Made by a program: the position numbers and the translations under genes. DNA of 51,736 nucleotides, taken from Elsinoe ampelina. Taxonomy: Eukaryota. Below the pieces are notes generated by a model, which was not told the origin of the DNA, ran no database searches, and worked only from the letters and a program-made list of their open reading frames with translations. Positions 46,855 through 51,736 of the stretch are shown here, piece by piece. Positions within the stretch are counted from its first letter, which is position 1; the number at the start of each line of letters is the position of its first letter. The stretch covers positions 1,956,312 through 2,008,047 of the forward strand of contig ML992502.1 in the NCBI GenBank assembly GCA_010093995.1, written 5' to 3'.

Positions 46855-48754
46855 TTTTGCTTGGGAAGAAGAAGTTGAATCTGTCAAAGATTGCGGTTTG
46901 TTTGGTAGAGTGAAAGTGTTGATTCTTGGGCGCGCTGCGCTGAAGATGTGTGAAGTGAATGAGTTGGTGGGGAGTGGAAGTGGCCTGCACTGGATTTGGA
47001 TTGTTGTTTGGATGGTGGAGAGAAGGGGAGGTTGAGATGGTTGTACTTATACCTTGAGCATGCAGCTTTCTGATGCCTTTGACATGCTGTAGAGTCTTGT
47101 TCTCGGTCTCCGAGTTGATATGCTCCACTTGGACGTTACCGACATGTGGAAGCCACTGATGCTTTGCTGTTGGTAGGCATAGAGAGGCTCAGAGGTACGA
47201 TCGAGATGGCTGACATGCAGGAAACAGCATCTGGGCTGAGATCGAGGCGTCGATGGGCAAAGCCTGACTCGGCAATTCTTTGCATGGGCTGGTGAAACGC
47301 TACCTTGGAGGAGACTTGTTGGATGGAAATATGGCGCATGACGGCACTTTCTGCATGTGGCTGGGAGAAAAGTCGGTTCGAGAGGGTCTGGAGGAGCAAA
47401 GAGAAGCTGAGACGCCTTCGGGGATTGTGAACCTGCAGCGGGCAGCATCAATCTGATACAGGTACAGAGCGTTGGGACTAAGGTGATGGAGGTAGAGCTG
47501 TCATTGTTGAGTGTCGGAGCCGCACAGCCGTTCGTGGAGGCGGGTAGATTGATTGTGATCGATCCCAGGTTGATGGTGATCCATCTGCTGATTGTCGATG
47601 GGTTCTTGTGAGGGAAGGCATTGCTACAGCATAAGTGCATCTACCTGAATGTGCTGGAGCGGCGACGAACAGTCGCCCAAAGAACGTCTAGGACATGCTC
47701 TTCTGCCGCTCCAGGGTATCTTGGAGGTCAGGACAGTCGATCCAAACCCTCTCGAGACCCCGCCGTCGACCAGCGCGTCGGAACCGGAGGTGATGGAAGT
47801 GGCGGTCTTCCAAAGTGGGCGCCTTCTTGCTTCTCTGGAATCATGAAGTCAACGGAGGTCGTCTGCGACAAACAATGCGGGGCGATATTAGACGATCTGG
47901 GCACTTTGCTCGATCGACGGCGATGCAGCGGAAAGGCACGAAACCGTCGTCAAAGTGTGAGCTTGTTCGTGAGCTTGTCTGCCGTGGAAGAGAGCGTCAT
48001 CGCGCAGTGACAAGGAGAGGCTGAAACGACGTGGCGTGTTTGAAGTCAGCCGCCGAACTGTCGTCGGGGAACTTGACCATGAATAGATTTTTGGGCAGTG
48101 ACTATGCTTTTCCAACTTCGATCATCGGCCATCAGTGAAGTGATTGTCAATACAACTTCAAACATTTGTATCAATCGGATTGTTGTCGAGTGACTTGCTG
48201 TAGCTCGCTTAGGCATATAGCGGTCACCAATGCACGCCTTTGGGCAGTGCACGCATGAAGGAGGTTTGTCATTACATCGTAGAGGCATACAGATTAATCA
48301 TCGAGAAAAAGAAATCGAACAGGTCGGCGCCAGGTGCTGCCCTCAAGAGCCACGCCGGCTCTCAACGTGTCTGCTTGATCTGCTTAGGCGCCAAAGATCC
48401 GTTTAGTATGCCGGACATGGCCGCTTGACTGCATGTGAGCAGACGCTCCATAGCGTTCTCCCGCTGTTGTCGTTCGTATCTCTTCGTTTCTGTGCGATGT
48501 TCTGTATGCTCATGAGGATTGGGAGATTGCTGTGATGGATCATGTTCCGAGCCATCGACCTTGAGACCATGCCTGTGGTTCACGAGGTGTATGCTGAGCT
48601 TGGTCTAATTCGCTGTGACGGCTTTGCCTCTCATACTATTGCTGGTGAGTAATCAGTCCCGAGATGACGATGCCGAGATCGTCATACCGCCTTTAAGCTG
48701 CATGCGTGTGGTGCGAAGCCCTTTGAGTTAGTAGCCCGGTTTCGTGGAGACAAT

Positions 48755-50074
48755 TCATGTGTTGAGAGCAGAAGTACAATGAACCGCTACATCGGTCTTG
48801 CCCTTTCCTCCACCAAAGATTGGCCAACTGATAGTATCAATGGACATCTCTTGGGCTCTCCTGGCAAGACTGTCCAAGGTCGCCGCCTGAGGATCCTCAA
48901 TGAGTAGGTCGTAATTCATGGTATATGTATTAGCCTTTGAATCATATATCTCGATCTCGCTATCTCTGTTGTGGATCCTCTCGAATATCTCCAGCGTTTC
49001 TGGAGGTAGATCCATCCCTTCATCGTAGATGGCCGAGGTGAGCAGTCCGTCCAAAATAGAGGAGTAGAATGGATGACACCGTGAGCTCTCGTACAACCAG
49101 CGAACGCAAAGTGTGAAATAGTAGCGCGCATCTGCATTGCCCTTGCGTACCTCTGTGAGTAGACTGTACGCCGAACGATGAGGGATGGGGCCTACGAAAG
49201 CTCCAGCTGGAGGACTGCCCCAGACATTTCGATACTGGCGAAGAAGATAGCAGGAGCGGGTAAGGGCATCGCTGTAAAGCTCGAAGAACCGAAGATCCTC
49301 TGCGATGAAAGGTCTGAACAATTCCATGGTGAGCGAAAGAGCAATGAGGTGTGTATCAAGAACGAGTGGTGCGGAAATGGAACATTCATAAGTGCGCTCA
49401 TGCTGTGTATCGTTATCGTCAGAAAGCGGAGTATCATTTAGGACACTCGATATTTTCATACGAGCTGCGCTGGACACCCTGGGAGTACCCTTCGGAGATG
49501 TCTTGGGAAAGAGAGGAAATGGCCCGTTCTCCAGCAAACTCACCAGATCTTGCACACCGCTGGAGTAAATCATTGTTTGGGTGAAGGACCCTTTCATTCG
49601 CCTGCGTGGAGCCAGAGTGTTGTCCACTATAGCTTGGCTGGACGCGTCTCTGACATGTTCGCCCGAGCGAAGTCGTTGGATCAGGTCGTCTGCTGCTGGC
49701 GTTGGCACGTTGCGCAGGGCATTGACGAACTGGCGTAGCGTGGCAAACTCATCTTGCAGCTCGGCATGCGTCCTTCCTCTTCAAAGTGACTGCACGCGTT
49801 GTGTTCTCATCAGCTTCTCAGACGCACCTTGTGCCCCGGCGTTGACAGCCAGTGCAGATTAGGCGGTCCCCATTGCACTACGGTATCGTGAGCGATGTGC
49901 AGCCAGAGTCTCAAATGTCGCCGACTCTATGTTTCCGACTCCGACATGCGTTGCAAGAGACTTTGATATGAGTCCTCTTTCTGTGTTGTTTTTGGGCTCT
50001 TCAGTATCCGGTGTCCTGCCATTCACCGAAATGATGAACGGAGGTGATGGCGGTCGGCTTCCATCAAGCGGCAT
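48755..50074 (-). pseudogene. Zn(II)2Cys6 transcription factor pseudogene
   Basis: Hidden cluster RKRTHIKVSCNACRSRKHR-(intron)-CNGDRLICTGCQRRGTRCV* with in-frame TGA at 49818-49820. Frameshifts near 49990 and 49770, then a dimerisation-helix-like HAELQDEFATLRQFV...DDLIQRLRSG continuing into ORF 48755-49708. Confidence 0.8.
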
Positions 50075-50512
50075 CTAGCACGTAGATGAACTGCCTGGCA
50101 GACCCAAGCAATCATGCAGTGCTTGACGTGAAGATCTATGCCAGCTGCAACGGCTCAAGCGGGCACAGTGGGGTGTCGTCGTAGGGAAGACTGAAATCGA
50201 GTGGAATCTCGGTCCCGTTTGGATCACGAATGCCACCTACCATGTTGCGGACCTTTGTTGAGCGTAACCAGCTCAATCAGCTAATTTGTCAATAGAAGCT
50301 GACACAAGTAGTGATTGTGATGTTTCCGCTTGCTCAATATTGGTAGCAGTGACGACAATAAAAGCTGAAACGGCCGTCAGTATCTCTACAAATCTTGATG
50401 TCAACCGAGGCATAAGCTGGAGCGCCAAGAAGACCCTGAGTCAGTTCATCCCAAGGTTGAACTAAACACTATCTTACTATTTCACTAATCCATGATCAAA
50501 TTAGATGATTAT

Positions 50513-51736
50513 TGTCTTAATCTACTGCTATTAAGGAGTTCTTTTGATTTAGTTATCTTTTAGTACACTAGGTTAAGTATTTATATAGTTATAATCTACC
50601 TTATTTTAGTAGTATAGGCAGTAATTAATCCTTTTTCCTCCCCTATACAAGTTAATAGTTATAAGCCTAGTATAACTACCCCTATACAAGTATATTACTT
50701 AGTTGCTTTTCTACTCTATTTATTAGTTAATTCTCTACTATCTTACTTTTTAAGTATTAGAATCTATTAAGAACTGCCTTAACTATAACTACAGGATTTA
50801 GATGTTAATAAGGAGATAAATAACTATAGATACTAACACCTTAATAGCTAGAACATCTATTATTCTTGCTATATTAGCTAAATAGGCTAGCTAGCTATAT
50901 ATTATTAAGATAAGAGTATTAAATACTAAGATATAGAACCTTATTAATCCCTAGAAGGCTATTAAGCTAGAAGGGCTCCTTAAGCCTTAGAGACTAGAAG
51001 TAGTAAATATTAACTTCTTAGCACTCTTCTAGATATATAAGGAGGAATAAGTATAATATAAAAAATAGTATAAGGCCTTAGCTAATTTAGCTAGCCTTAT
51101 TTAGTTATTAATTATACTATAAGTTCTTACTATTATCTAACTAGAAAGGGATTCTTATCTATAGGCTATCCTTAGGGCATTAAAGAATAGATTTACTCTA
51201 TCTAATATAGCTATTTAGCTCAAGATTAAAGCACTCTAGAGAAAGTAGCTATCTAGCTCTTCCTTATAGAATATAGACTATTAGCTTTAGTAATAGAAAG
51301 AGGTTATAGACAAGGCTAGGAACTATAATCTACTAGAAGCTTAAGGCTTAAGGCTATAGAGAGACTTCTTACTCTCTATCTTAAAGACTAAACTAGTATT
51401 TACTAATAAGTACCTTATTAATCTAGATTTACTAACTCTACTAACTATGCTTAAACTAATTACTAAATTTAGACAGTTTTATAAACTCTATAAGCTATAT
51501 AGTACTACAAAGGCTAGTAAGGGGGTTATAGCCTTCTCTATAGCTACTAAGAATATTCTTTATAAGAAACCTAGTCCCTCTAGAGAGCCTAAATATATAT
51601 ACTAAGGCTAGCATAAGTAGATTAAGTACTATTACTTAAATAAGTATCTAAGGCTAGAAGGATAGACACTAAACTAGTAGACTATAAAGGAGATTAAATA
51701 AAGGCTAAATAATAAGACTCTTAAAGAGAGAATTAA
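50513..51736 (+). mobile_element. RIP-inactivated Ty1/copia-type LTR retrotransposon (putative 5' LTR plus gag), running off the window
   Basis: Abrupt AT-rich, TpA-saturated, CpA/TpG-depleted block. Reverting RIP changes in one frame from 50826 gives W..IIK.RA...IW.LI.P, LRALKNRFAPSD, NID.WLQQWE, LPEAQG.RP.RDFLLSI, a zinc knuckle C-x-C-x3-H-x4-C-YYL at 51594-51638 and RPEGW.P. This matches my recollection of fungal copia gag. LTR limits (TGT at 50513, ACA near 50793) are tentative. Confidence 0.75.

Noticed and set aside
47000..48750. Short ORFs upstream of the small secreted protein
   Set aside because: No codon bias, motifs or consistent splice model; treated as intergenic or promoter DNA.
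50678..50686. ACCCCTATA shared between the copia LTR region and the MITE right TIR
   Set aside because: Only 9 bp in RIP-biased AT-rich DNA, and the surrounding TIR sequence is absent.

Overview
Gene-dense window from a filamentous ascomycete (Pezizomycotina; Dothideomycete-like is my inference), shown by short GT-AG introns with CTRAC branch sites and RIP-type mutation in repeats. In order it holds: the 3' end of a two-RRM RNA-binding gene, an orphan low-complexity gene, a decayed HGT1-type sugar-transporter pseudogene, IDI1, MCM6, a putative glycosyltransferase, an alcohol acetyltransferase, an amino-acid permease, TSC1/hamartin, Dicer-like 1, TAP42, a MATE pump, an unknown secreted protein, FAD synthetase and the sulfite reductase beta subunit. 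An accessory-looking right arm follows, with an F-box-like gene, a GPI Cys-rich protein, a fasciclin, an 8-Cys small secreted protein, a Zn2Cys6 pseudogene and a RIP-destroyed Ty1/copia element. The most unusual object is absent from the ORF track: a ~680-bp non-autonomous TIR transposon with a perfect target-site duplication inside the transporter pseudogene. It carries a tRNA-like Pol III cassette (A box, B box, T-run) followed by a 17-18-bp CGAGGT repeat array. A second unexplained signal is a recurrent, strand-symmetric C-rich to G-rich compositional switch inside several genes. Protein families were assigned by eye from motifs; no searches were run.
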